Of a DNA stretch of 64,000 bases, positions 14,001 through 23,978 are shown piece by piece; position 1 is the stretch's first letter, and every line of letters starts with the position of its first letter. The translations under genes and the position numbers were made by a program. The notes beneath the pieces are model-generated. The model did not search any database. It was not told the DNA's origin and was given only the letters and a program-made list of their open reading frames with translations. The DNA comes from Oopsacas minuta (taxonomy: Eukaryota > Animalia > Porifera): assembly GCA_024704765.1 (NCBI GenBank), contig JAKMXF010000335.1, positions 62,001 to 126,000 on the forward strand. The letters run 5' to 3'.

Positions 14001-14138
14001 TTTAAACCTTCAGTAAATGACCTTTTGGACTCTTTATTGCATGATGTGAAGTCTGATAGAAGCTCTGTGCATGAGCGCTCATCTTTGCCTACTTTAGATT
14101 ACAAGTTAAAATGGGATAAATGGAGAATGTCTCATTAG
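11073..14138 (+). CDS. MIPEP: Mitochondrial intermediate peptidase (M3 family), 3 exons, 709 aa
   Basis: Exons 11073-11341, 11722-11966 and 12523-14138 (2130 nt, phases match). Arg-rich presequence, FFHEMGHALH zinc motif, VAGTRCPNDLAEIPSNLME, YGSKYYSY. Confidence 0.95.
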
Positions 14139-14763
14139 ATTTGATAAGCCTATACTGCATGCTATTTGAGATTGTATTTCTATAATCGACAATTCAATTG
14201 TATAACATCTACTTGGTGTATGTACTGAATTGCTTTGTTTTTGATATTTTTCTTAGATTAGTATTTTGTACTTTCTACAGTTGTATACTTACTTGAATCA
14301 AAGGGAACACTTTATATGATAAGTTGAGATTATGTACCTCGTGGTGGAAGTAGGCAGTAGCATCTGAGCCTGGATGGGCTTGGTCGTATAAATTATTGTT
14401 TTCAAGTATATAACATATTTGATTGCACAATTTGAGAAATTTGGGGAGTAAGGTAGAAGGTACCTCTATATGTGCACTATAACCAAGGTTCCTTTAGAGT
14501 TTAAACACGACTTTTATTTAGAAAAGGGAAGATCAAGACGATGTTTCAACTAAATTGTTTAGTGAAACCGGCTTGATCATATAGTACAATTGTTTTTACT
14601 AAATGCAAACCATACTCTATAATATCTACGTATATAACAGCTTTTGAAGCTATAGCATACTGTAACATATTGTAATTGTAGAAGCTTAACATTTGTAAAA
14701 TAAATACAATAAATACAGTAGACTGAACATTTGTATAATTGTTTCTCGTTGATAAAGTACATA

Positions 14764-14952
14764 CAGTGAAACTTCGGCTCATAAATACGAACATGGTTAA
14801 AATACGAATTTCCGGATAAGACGAAAAATGTTTACACATAATCAGGTCCCTACAGTAGACATCCAATTGGTTTTGCTCCGGATAATAAGAACTCCGTATA
14901 AGATGAACACATTTGACCGTCCATTTGTATTCGTATTAACGAGGTTCCCCTG
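14764..14952. mobile_element. Tc1/mariner-type MITE
   Basis: TA flanks with imperfect TIR CAGTGAAACTTCG / CGAGGTTCCCCTG. Related CAGT...ACTG elements recur at 39177, 42569 and 55894. Confidence 0.7.
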
Positions 14953-14989
14953 TATATATAGTTGCTAAAACTATTATTGGAGGTACATT

Positions 14990-16103
14990 ATGCTAGTGTG
15001 TTGACTTAGATATAAGCACTAATCTGTGTATCTCTGCACTCTGCTTCCTGATTATTATCAACTCGAAAACATTGGCTTACTCAATCCAAAAATGTTCTAC
15101 TAACAAAGGAAATGACGTAATGAGTATTGAACCTTATTATGTACGAGAAATAGGAGGAGAACAATTAATTATTGATTTACCATGTCAAACCAAAGTAATT
15201 GATGACACAAGTGTTAAATGTAGATTTGAATCTTATCCTGAGAATATCGTTGATGGAGAAAGGCTGGGAGAGAATCAGATAGCTTGTGTTACACCTGTAC
15301 ACATCTATCTCGGTATTCATCAGGTATATGTGTCTGTTGATAATGGCAGCTCGTTTGATTATGTGGGTAGGTTCTATGCTGAGAGTGAGTACATTTTGGA
15401 GCCACATCTTGTTATTGAAAAGTTTGATTCAGCTATTTTACAGGATTTTACCACTGACATGGAAATAACATTATTATGGGACAAGAGTATGATCTCAAGT
15501 AAATTTCTAACTTTGAATTTAATGATGATTATTGATCCGTTCTCAGAATTGAAGAGTTGGGACGAGAGCACTGTTCTTATTGAAAAAGTAGAGAATAATG
15601 GGAAGATTTCTTTCAAGTTGTCAAAAGTCGTTACAAAAGAATTTCGCGATGGATTTGACCAAGTGCCAATAACAACTGGCACTTATCAACTAACTGATCC
15701 AAATTCAAACAAATACATAGCTGGACCTATAGCTATATTTACGTTTTCAAATATATCATTCGCGATATGCAAGCAGTTTTACCCCCTTCTGGAAAAAGAA
15801 CCGAAAGGACTCATACCGCCTACTTTGGAGCTTTTTCCATCCAGGTGTTGCTATATGCTACAGATCGGTACCTACTGAATACGGCTCAAGGGAACAATTT
15901 GTTATAATTATGACGGGACAATTAACGTAGGCACTGATGGATCTGGAACTTCAGATACATACAGCCCGGAAGTTTGCACCCCGCTGCATATTATCTATGA
16001 CATAATACCCTGGTTAGCTTGTTGTAAAGTAGCACAACGATGTGATTACTACGCTATGTACAGGCCAGGTGATGATTGTTGCCATTATAAACCTACTATG
16101 TAG
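14990..16103 (+). pseudogene. SUSD2-like TIG-AMOP paralog A with disrupted AMOP domain
   Basis: The signal-peptide-like frame lacks an in-frame ATG. Against the paralog at 17680-18843 there is a deletion of about 50 nt near 15820 (CPCNTTQA region lost) and a 1-nt loss near 15899. The AMOP remainder reads in shifted frames to TAG 16103. Confidence 0.8.
15106..15623. repeat. Left arm of a 518-bp near-identical inverted repeat
   Basis: Reverse complement of 18229-18746; one mismatch seen (TCA GAA vs TCA AAA, FSEL/FSKL). Confidence 0.92.
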
Positions 16104-16392
16104 CTATATGAAGGTTAATTGATATGTGTGTGTATGTGTTTAGTAGCTCATTTGACTAACATTTGAAGCGGAAGTATTCCATTTTGTTTGATTTATATAG
16201 TGTATAATGAAAACTAGATTTAGTAATTTACAACAAATGGTAAAAGTATCTCTAAAAGTAATAATTACATGCATAACATGAATAATTGGCAAATAACAAG
16301 ACTTTGAATTATACTAGTGTGTCCATTAATGGTACAAACTTAAAAGGGGGAGAAGAACATTAAAGTACATATCTTAAAGATAGATAGATTGG

Positions 16393-16818
16393 TCATTTTA
16401 CGTTAATATATCTTGTATTCTCAGGTATCATAGGTGAAGAGTCAGGGAATAACAAATTTGAAAGAATTTTTGAATGATGATCAATTTTTGGTTTGAAATC
16501 CTGCATTTGATCCTGAGGTTGAGCAAATTCACTAACACTCTGATAGATTGGTTGAGTGTTACCAACATTTTCGTGATTCAGGGGTTTTAATAGCACATTT
16601 CCTACCATTTTCAATTTATTATTCTTTCTAATGAAGCAAATTAGTAGAACGATTATGATACAAGTTTGTAATAACACTACTAAAGTAAATGGTATAGCGA
16701 TAATGATGAATATTTCATATGGTGTTTGTTGATCAACAGTCGTATTAGCTATTGAAATATTGAACCCCCCTTTGCAAGCAAAGTTTACCCAACCACTGGA
16801 TTTAAATTGGCCCCTCAT
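16393..16818 (-). CDS. Transmembrane helix and cytoplasmic tail of the SUSD2/EGF-like surface protein
   Basis: Hydrophobic IFIIIAIPFTLVVLLQTCIIIVLLICFI followed by RKNNK. It overlaps the EGF ORF in the +1 frame at GAGGGGCCAATTTAAA. Confidence 0.7.
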   Translation of the reverse strand: MRGQFKSSGWVNFACKGGFNISIANTTVDQQTPYEIFIIIAIPFTLVVLLQTCIIIVLLICFIRKNNKLKMVGNVLLKPLNHENVGNTQPIYQSVSEFAQPQDQMQDFKPKIDHHSKILSNLLFPDSSPMIPENTRYINVK

Positions 16819-17323
16819 CTACCAAATCACATTGTATTTCATCCTGACAGCTAGCCACGTTATACAATTGATACCCATACTCACAATAACACTGGAAAGA
16901 ACCTATGTAATTTATACAGCCAAGTTCACATCCTCCATTCATTTCCTGACATTCATTGATGTCAACACAATCGTATCCATTACTTGCTAGCTGATATCCT
17001 TCTTTACAAGTACAATGAAAAGATCCTTGTGTATTTTCACATTGATGTTGACAGTTGTTGAACCCAGAACATTCATCAATATCCTCGCATGTATCCGATT
17101 TGTTGATAGATTTGTAACCCATGTCACAACCACAAAAATATCCTTCTCTTATATCATGACATAGTTCATTGCTGAGACAAGTAATTTCATTATCAAAGCA
17201 TTGGTAAGATTGTGTTTGGGTACAATTGATATAGATACTTTTATCAGAAATAGTGTCACCATTTGGTTCTGAACAGTTCCCGCCGATAATCAAGATATCA
17301 TAACTCTCAAGGATAGACACGCA
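16802..17323 (-). CDS. Tandem EGF / calcium-binding EGF repeats (probable exon)
   Basis: DIDECS...CENTQGSFHCTCKEGY and DINECQ...CINYIGSFQCYCEYGY. A phase-0 acceptor aacatag|TGC lies at 17324/17323. Confidence 0.85.
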   Translation of the reverse strand, partial: CVSILESYDILIIGGNCSEPNGDTISDKSIYINCTQTQSYQCFDNEITCLSNELCHDIREGYFCGCDMGYKSINKSDTCEDIDECSGFNNCQHQCENTQGSFHCTCKEGYQLASNGYDCVDINECQEMNGGCELGCINYIGSFQCYCEYGYQLYNVASCQDEIQCDLVDEGPI

Positions 17324-17454
17324 CTATGTTAAGATTATTCTTATACATATTTTAATATTTAAGTTTTGATCGACAATAACCTAAATTATATACACTAAGG
17401 ACCAGGGATATCCGCTTTTACTCAGTCGATAATTGAAATTATTACCCACTTAGC

Positions 17455-17587
17455 CAGAGACGGACCCAGGATTGCTCAAAGGGAGGGGTGACTAAGCCTG
17501 AGCTTTGCGAGTGCGAGAACTTTAGGGTGTCTAGGTAATTGATATGGTATGTATTTTCAGCCCCCTTTGCCCCTAGATCCGCCCCTG
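17455..17587. mobile_element. GC-rich MITE (Harbinger-like termini)
   Basis: Imperfect TIR CAGAGACGGACCCAGG / CCTAGATCCGCCCCTG. Confidence 0.65.
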
Positions 17588-17679
17588 TTGGTCCGATAAA
17601 ACATTGTATATCCTTGTATGGTTAAATAAATAATTATCATAAACAAATCGTCAAAGAACAAGCAAATGAAGAGTTCTTT

Positions 17680-18843
17680 TCAAATCTCTTCTACTGGTTT
17701 GTATGTACTACAGTCATCAGAAGGTCTATACTTGTAATAGTAATCACATCTCTCGAACATCCTGCAGCACACGAACCATGGTAAAACGTCAAACACATAG
17801 TGCTTAATAGTGCTAACTTCCGGGCTGAATGTATCCGAAGTGCCCGCGCCATCTGACACTAGGTTAAGACTGCCATCAGAATTGTAACAACATTGTTCAC
17901 TTGAACCGTAAGCGCTGGGCACTGATCTAAAACATGAATCTACTCCTGGGTGGTAGAAAGGTTCTACAGGCGGTTCTTGATTGAAATATTTGTCAGTCTT
18001 TGCTTGAGTTGTATTGCATGGACAAGGGAGAATATCTACAGGCATTTGCTCCAAAATGGGTTCAAACCTGTCACAGACTGAATATTGTATTTCCGTAAAT
18101 GTAATCAATATAGTAGGGCCAGCTATATATACGTTTGTATTAGCGGCTGATAGTTTTAACACACCATAGGTTATGGGTATTGTCATAGAGCCAATAATAT
18201 CATTTGAAGCGACATCTGAAACGACATCTGACAACTTGAAAGAAATCTTCCCATTATTCTCTACTTTTTCAATAAGAACAGTGCTCTCGTCCCAACTCTT
18301 CAATTTTGAGAACGGATCAATAATCATCATTAAATTCAAAGTTAGAAATTTACTTGAGATCATACTCTTGTCCCATAATAATGTTATTTCCATGTCAGTA
18401 GTAAAATCCTGTAAAATAGCTGAATCAAACTTTTCAATAACAAGATGTGGCTCCAAAATGTACTCACTCTCAGCATAGAACCTACCCACATAATCAAACG
18501 AGCTGCCATTATCAACAGACACATATACCTGATGAATACCGAGATAGATGTGTACAGGTGTAACACAAGCTATCTGATTCTCTCCCAGCCTTTCTCCATC
18601 AACGATATTCTCAGGATAAGATTCAAATCTACATTTAACACTTGTGTCATCAATTACTTTGGTTTGACATGGTAAATCAATAATTAATTGTTCTCCTCCT
18701 ATTTCTCGTACATAATAAGGTTCAATACTCATTACGTCATTTCCTTCTGTGTCGGCGGAGCATTGATCAACTGAGAGAACATAAGTAGTGAAACTCAAAA
18801 TGACAAAACAACAGAATGTAGAATTGTAGATAGTGTTGTGCAT
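17680..18843 (-). CDS. SUSD2-like protein B: signal peptide, TIG/IPT and AMOP domains, no intact vWD domain
   Basis: IGGEQLII..PC and ACVTP (TIG); LPCPC, YHPGVDSCFRS, EQCCY, DVLPWFVCC, YYKYRPSDDC (AMOP). The stop falls where vWD normally begins. Confidence 0.85.
   Translation of the reverse strand: MHNTIYNSTFCCFVILSFTTYVLSVDQCSADTEGNDVMSIEPYYVREIGGEQLIIDLPCQTKVIDDTSVKCRFESYPENIVDGERLGENQIACVTPVHIYLGIHQVYVSVDNGSSFDYVGRFYAESEYILEPHLVIEKFDSAILQDFTTDMEITLLWDKSMISSKFLTLNLMMIIDPFSKLKSWDESTVLIEKVENNGKISFKLSDVVSDVASNDIIGSMTIPITYGVLKLSAANTNVYIAGPTILITFTEIQYSVCDRFEPILEQMPVDILPCPCNTTQAKTDKYFNQEPPVEPFYHPGVDSCFRSVPSAYGSSEQCCYNSDGSLNLVSDGAGTSDTFSPEVSTIKHYVFDVLPWFVCCRMFERCDYYYKYRPSDDCSTYKPVEEI
18229..18746. 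repeat. Right arm of the 518-bp inverted repeat
   Basis: Reverse complement of 15106-15623. Confidence 0.92.
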
Positions 18844-19772
18844 TTCTAAGAAAATAATAATCTTTGCAGATATTTTTGTGCAGACGGCCCAAAGAGTATA
18901 TGCAAGATACTTGTAAGTTGGAGAGAATAGCGAACAATTGAATATTCTGAATTAAATAAAAGTGTATTCTTCATTATAGGTGTAGTTGAATGGCTTTTAA
19001 GTATCATTATAATACAACCATAACATTAGTTGAAATATTAGATATAATTATTCTGGTAATATTAACTCAGTTGCTTTACATAAACTACAAATTCTTCATA
19101 AAACTAAACTACAGGTAAGTTGGCATTCATGCCTTGGTGTTTCCCAACACCTTATATTAAAAATAGAGATTTCCTTATTACCCTCGTCCTCCTCATTATA
19201 TTTGGACCTTTGTTGGTGCTCTGTAAGTATTTTTGAAAACAGGATTGCCTTTTGATAGAAGTAAACTCACTTAGCGAAATCGATTTTATCTAAAAGATCC
19301 GTCATTCAGACACTTGCCAACCTGAGTGAAGAATGCTATGGTACTGGCTTATACCTGCTTGGTGTTTTCGCGTCTAATTTTCCCTCATTCTATTTACAGA
19401 CGAACAAACACTATAATAAGTGTATTAATCAATTGATTCGAGTAAGATTTTGATAACTTTATTTGGGTTCGTTCAAGTGGAGAAAAATCGCTGTAACATG
19501 CATGAAAAAATTAAATTTGCTGCAACCCTTAACATACGCAGTGTAACAAATTTGCCCTCAAAATTCCAAAAAACAAGTGTAGTATCATGCATAGACAGCT
19601 CTAATATCCAAAATAAATCTGAATAAAATACGGATAATAGAATATAAAAATTATGAGAAATAGAATCTAAACGCAAATTCATAGTCTTGGCTTAGCAGCT
19701 ATCATGCAAACCTAACATCAGCAATCTATGGCAAGAGTAAAATTCTTAAACTCGCGAAAAAAACAAATATTA

Positions 19773-22562
19773 CTATTTCTGCATGAGACAGTATAAGACA
19801 ACATTATCCATGACCTCATCAATAACAGTCGAATATACTGAATTCTCCTTAGATACAAATCCTCCTTGATAGTTTCCAGGAGATAATGTCAGCATTGAAT
19901 CGTATATAACAAAACCAGGGGGTGAATTATCAAATGAAAACAAACTGAAATGACCACAAAACATAGAATCTCCTCTACAATCAACGCTTGACATATTTAT
20001 CAAAGATGATAGCTTCCAACCTTGAGGTAAAACCTTAGGAAATTGATCTGTATTCTTTATTATAACGTAATTAGCTGATGATAAATTTCGCGTAAAATCC
20101 TCCATCGATGAGTAACACAAACAAGGGTAATCACCTACTTTCGAGATTTCCTCCCTCACCAGTTGAATAAAATCACACGGACTACATTCTCTTGTAAATG
20201 AATAACCAATTGCTTTAAGAATATCCATCAATTTTTGATATTCCTCCTTCAATATTTTTCGCCATTTCAAACTACTATTGTCTTGATTAACCCATACATC
20301 TATAACTATTGACAATTGCGTGAGTAAAATAGAAGCATTCACATCAGATTTGAAGGTCAATAAACATTCTTTCAAGGGTCTGATTGAGATCATAAATGCG
20401 ATAGAAACATCCAACCAACAGGTGTAGTTGTTGCTATCAATAACAGCACCCCTCAATGCGAATTGTATACAAGGATCGCTAAGCGAGGGAGGAGATTTGG
20501 CTAATGGCATTCCTATAGATGTTTCTAGCATATTTCTGAACGGAAAATCCCTCAAGTTATATGAACAATTTTTATGAAATTTACTAGGTAAATCAATTTC
20601 GTTTGAACTCCCTCTCTTAGGTGATGCAGATTTGAATTCTTGTAGCAGTTTAGCAGATTGATAGCGTGTTAAAATACCAGGGTAATTACTTCTAATAGAT
20701 GTGAATTTGAATAATGAAGAATCTACTTTATGCGAGAAACCTCCAACTTGTTTCGCTTTACACTTCATTTGTGAGCCACTGGGAATTGGCAATGGTACGT
20801 CAACCTTTTTCATTGGAGCCTGTTGTACGGAGGATGTATCTCTCTCTTCTACAGCAACGAAACTATTGTATTTCGTAGCTAGAGAGTATGCTAATCCTAG
20901 CTCGATAACTTTCTTTTTCAGGTTCAGAACAAGATCAGGTTTTGCCGTCAAGCTCATTTCTTCCATTTCCTGTATTAGAGCTCTTGCAGCTAGCTTCTGT
21001 ATTATCTGATCAGATGATTTTGTATACATATTAGTAGCAGCTGATAGTTTCACTTTATATTCAACTTCCTTTTTGTTTGGGTCTATAGCACTTAGTGTAA
21101 CTTGAATGTTATCAAGATTTCCAGTGAAGTTAGGCTCGCTAAACGCATATACAATATATTGCTCAAGATTGAAGATAGGAGGTAAAGTACTAGGGGCTAT
21201 TTGGTTAATATCAACCCCAGTGAATTTTATCTGTGTATCTGTCATAGCTGGTTGTAAAGCAGCCTGTAGTTGGCTAGAAATAATACCTTTCATATCAGTG
21301 ACGTCACGGATAAACACAGCCTTACCTTTACCCAAACGCGCGATACCTTTCACTAGAGCTTCTGACACGCCTTGACCAATACCAAACGAGAATACTCGTG
21401 TAGAATTAGAATTTTGATGAACTGTGGTTTTCACTTCCTCGGTGTTACCTACTCCCCCGTCAGTTAATACGAAAATATTCCGTGGTGTACCAGGGATTAG
21501 TTTCTGAGCGTAAATATGTTTAAACGGAGGGAGAATGTCAGTACCGCCTAGGTTAGCCCCTATTTTTTTCGCGTGATCAATAGCTCTTTTGAGCCAGGAT
21601 TTGTCCGCTCGTTGTGATGATTTGAATAGAGATATAAAATCCGATCCAAATCCTATTATATTGAATAAAACAGAGGGTGGGAGAAGTTCGAGACATGTTT
21701 TCAGAGCTGCTCTCGCTTCTAAGATAGATTTCCCTCCCATGGAGCCTGAACGATCTACAACAAATATTATCTCAGTTGTTAGCTCTTTATATTGTATATT
21801 AGGGTAAGCTACTAGCATAAGGGCTACACTATTGTCTGGACGTTTCTCACTCCAAATCCTTGGTTTGTGAGGTTCCTTTAGGTATATTTCTAAGCTATAA
21901 CCTTTGTTCACTACATTCTGTGACCTTTTCTTCACAGATACTTCTACCTCATGAGGCGACGTATAGTTAACATTACAATCATGTGTGTTGCAATGAACTT
22001 TATCGATTTTACAATGCATTTGAGCTTTAACACGAGCATTGAATGTGTAAGTAACTTTTGAATGTTGAAAATCGGGTCCAGGCGTAGAAACTGAGCTATT
22101 AGGAGGTGTGTATGGCTTCATGATGGTAGTAGGAATGTTGAATAGTACATGAGGTGATTGTTCTTTCCCTGAGCCAGCGAGTTCACAAATATAAGAAATC
22201 TCAATTGTAACCTCAGTCTTAGGAGGTAGATTACCAACAGACATGGTGAACATATCATCTGAAGTTTGCTGTAAGAGATACGCACCGTGTCCAGATGAAA
22301 TAGAATCATCATAGATTTCTTTCGCTTCTTCATTTTCTTTGACTTCTGCACGGATAATTTTATCGTTTATTTTAGCTGTGAATCCTGTTATAGCAGAACT
22401 ATCTGTTATTGGGAAATGGTAGTTGGCTTCAATTGGTTCAGTAGATGAGTTGTTGTATGTTTGTGTTAGAGTAACAGACGCTGAGTAGTCAGTTATGTGG
22501 ATGTCAGCTGATATTGAAGTTAGAGGAACTTCAAATCCTTTATCAGTTTGAAGCATAGACAT
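19773..22562 (-). CDS. VWA5A-like VIT-vWA protein with a C-terminal USP-like cysteine protease domain, intronless, 929 aa
   Basis: VIT: YHFPITDSSAITGFTAKINDKIIRAEVKE, FTMSVGNLPP. vWA: IFVVDRSGSM, FNIIGFGS, FVLTDG, FSFGIG. C-terminus: SNNYTCWLD, CGHFS, VIYDS. Confidence 0.9.
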   Translation of the reverse strand: MSMLQTDKGFEVPLTSISADIHITDYSASVTLTQTYNNSSTEPIEANYHFPITDSSAITGFTAKINDKIIRAEVKENEEAKEIYDDSISSGHGAYLLQQTSDDMFTMSVGNLPPKTEVTIEISYICELAGSGKEQSPHVLFNIPTTIMKPYTPPNSSVSTPGPDFQHSKVTYTFNARVKAQMHCKIDKVHCNTHDCNVNYTSPHEVEVSVKKRSQNVVNKGYSLEIYLKEPHKPRIWSEKRPDNSVALMLVAYPNIQYKELTTEIIFVVDRSGSMGGKSILEARAALKTCLELLPPSVLFNIIGFGSDFISLFKSSQRADKSWLKRAIDHAKKIGANLGGTDILPPFKHIYAQKLIPGTPRNIFVLTDGGVGNTEEVKTTVHQNSNSTRVFSFGIGQGVSEALVKGIARLGKGKAVFIRDVTDMKGIISSQLQAALQPAMTDTQIKFTGVDINQIAPSTLPPIFNLEQYIVYAFSEPNFTGNLDNIQVTLSAIDPNKKEVEYKVKLSAATNMYTKSSDQIIQKLAARALIQEMEEMSLTAKPDLVLNLKKKVIELGLAYSLATKYNSFVAVEERDTSSVQQAPMKKVDVPLPIPSGSQMKCKAKQVGGFSHKVDSSLFKFTSIRSNYPGILTRYQSAKLLQEFKSASPKRGSSNEIDLPSKFHKNCSYNLRDFPFRNMLETSIGMPLAKSPPSLSDPCIQFALRGAVIDSNNYTCWLDVSIAFMISIRPLKECLLTFKSDVNASILLTQLSIVIDVWVNQDNSSLKWRKILKEEYQKLMDILKAIGYSFTRECSPCDFIQLVREEISKVGDYPCLCYSSMEDFTRNLSSANYVIIKNTDQFPKVLPQGWKLSSLINMSSVDCRGDSMFCGHFSLFSFDNSPPGFVIYDSMLTLSPGNYQGGFVSKENSVYSTVIDEVMDNVVLYCLMQK

Positions 22563-23121
22563 TACAATAGTATTATGATGTGCTAATAAATTCAGAGAAT
22601 ACTCTCGTTGAGATTAAAGTTAGAAGCAATTGGATATAGAATAAGAGAAGTAGGCACCAGAGTGCCCAGTGGTAGGAAAATTAAAAGATTAATAATTGTG
22701 AGTATACTTAGCAACCTCCTTGACAAATCTTAGAGTGGATCATGGACTTCAATTGGGACTAGCATATTTGAACTGAAACGCTTAAAGAATCTGCGAAAAA
22801 TGCAACTAATGAAGTTGGTACAAAGGTTGCGGATAAATTTCTGAATTTTGTAACCATAAAAAGTTCTGTGAACTTTCTTTCGAATATTGTACGTCTAATT
22901 CGCTTTGCCTACGTCCTGCAATTTTGTAGTTTTAGTTTTTCAGTTATGAATATATTAGACTAAATACTTTAGGACTTCCTGATTCACGGAACGGAACCGA
23001 GTTTTCCTTAGTAAAATTCGCTTGACATATATTTACCTTGAAAATCACAAAAAAGTGATAGAAACAGTTGTCAAGCATTTGTTATAAGATTTCATGTCGA
23101 TAGTAATTAGTATGTCAAATT

Positions 23122-23238
23122 CAGACCCGGCGGCAAGGATTTAGAAGTGGCCGGTTGGATACCCACTGTCCACAGAAACAGTACTTACTACTAACAGCAC
23201 CAAAAGTGGTCCAGTTAAAATCCGTGGCGCCGACCCTG
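23122..23238. mobile_element. Small GC-rich MITE
   Basis: Imperfect TIR CAGACCCGGCGGCAAGGATTT / AAATCCGTGGCGCCGACCCTG. Confidence 0.65.
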
Positions 23239-23305
23239 GTCAAATTGGAACCATTTGTACAATACGTATTACATTAATTCTGCTTAGAAACTTTACGGTA
23301 TAAAG

Positions 23306-23695
23306 GAGGATCAGCTATTCTAAAAAGTGGTAAAAAGGCAGCTACAGAAACAGCTAGAGTAATGACTAAAATGGAGGCAAAGCTATGGCAAAGCAAGTTG
23401 GAAAGGTTTGTGGCAAGCAAATTTGTTCCAAAATTATTATAAGGCCAATCAAATGAAGTAACACAAAAAAACAAAATGTTGTTCACCTTCACCCCATTTC
23501 AACATTTTGTAATGCTAAAATGGTAGGAGGAAGCCGCATGTGACATTTACAATTCTTCATCCGCTTTGTATAAGTTTAAAATACCCAGTATAGTATACTT
23601 AAATGTTACTATTATAATTTATATCCTTCAAGATGTTACATAAATATTACCTCCAACTGCAATAATTAAATTACGTAAAATTCGATTCCGTCGAA
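23306..23695 (+). pseudogene. Deleted inverted copy of the 27863-28800 unit (CDS fragment plus 3' flank)
   Basis: GGSAILKSGKKAAT vs GGLGILNSGTKAAT. Flank blocks ggccaatc(a/g)aatgaagta, ttgtaatgctaaaatggtag, atatccttcaaga and ttacctccaactgca match the reverse complement of 27863-28130. Confidence 0.85.
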
Positions 23696-23978
23696 ATGTT
23701 TATATATAATTCAGGATGAAATATTGACGGATCGATAACATTGCTACTATTGGGCCTGTTATTATATACTTTTGTTTCTTAGCCAAAAAAAGGTCAAAAA
23801 CCCCAAATATTGCATATCCACACTTCATAATATCTTATACGTAGAGGGGAAATACAAACGTATATCTATAAACAAAACAAAAATATAATCAATCTGATAA
23901 CATGACTATTGGCTAAGGACAATTGTAGCACACACACAAACACATCTAAACTACATACAATTTGTCTGTATTAGAATC

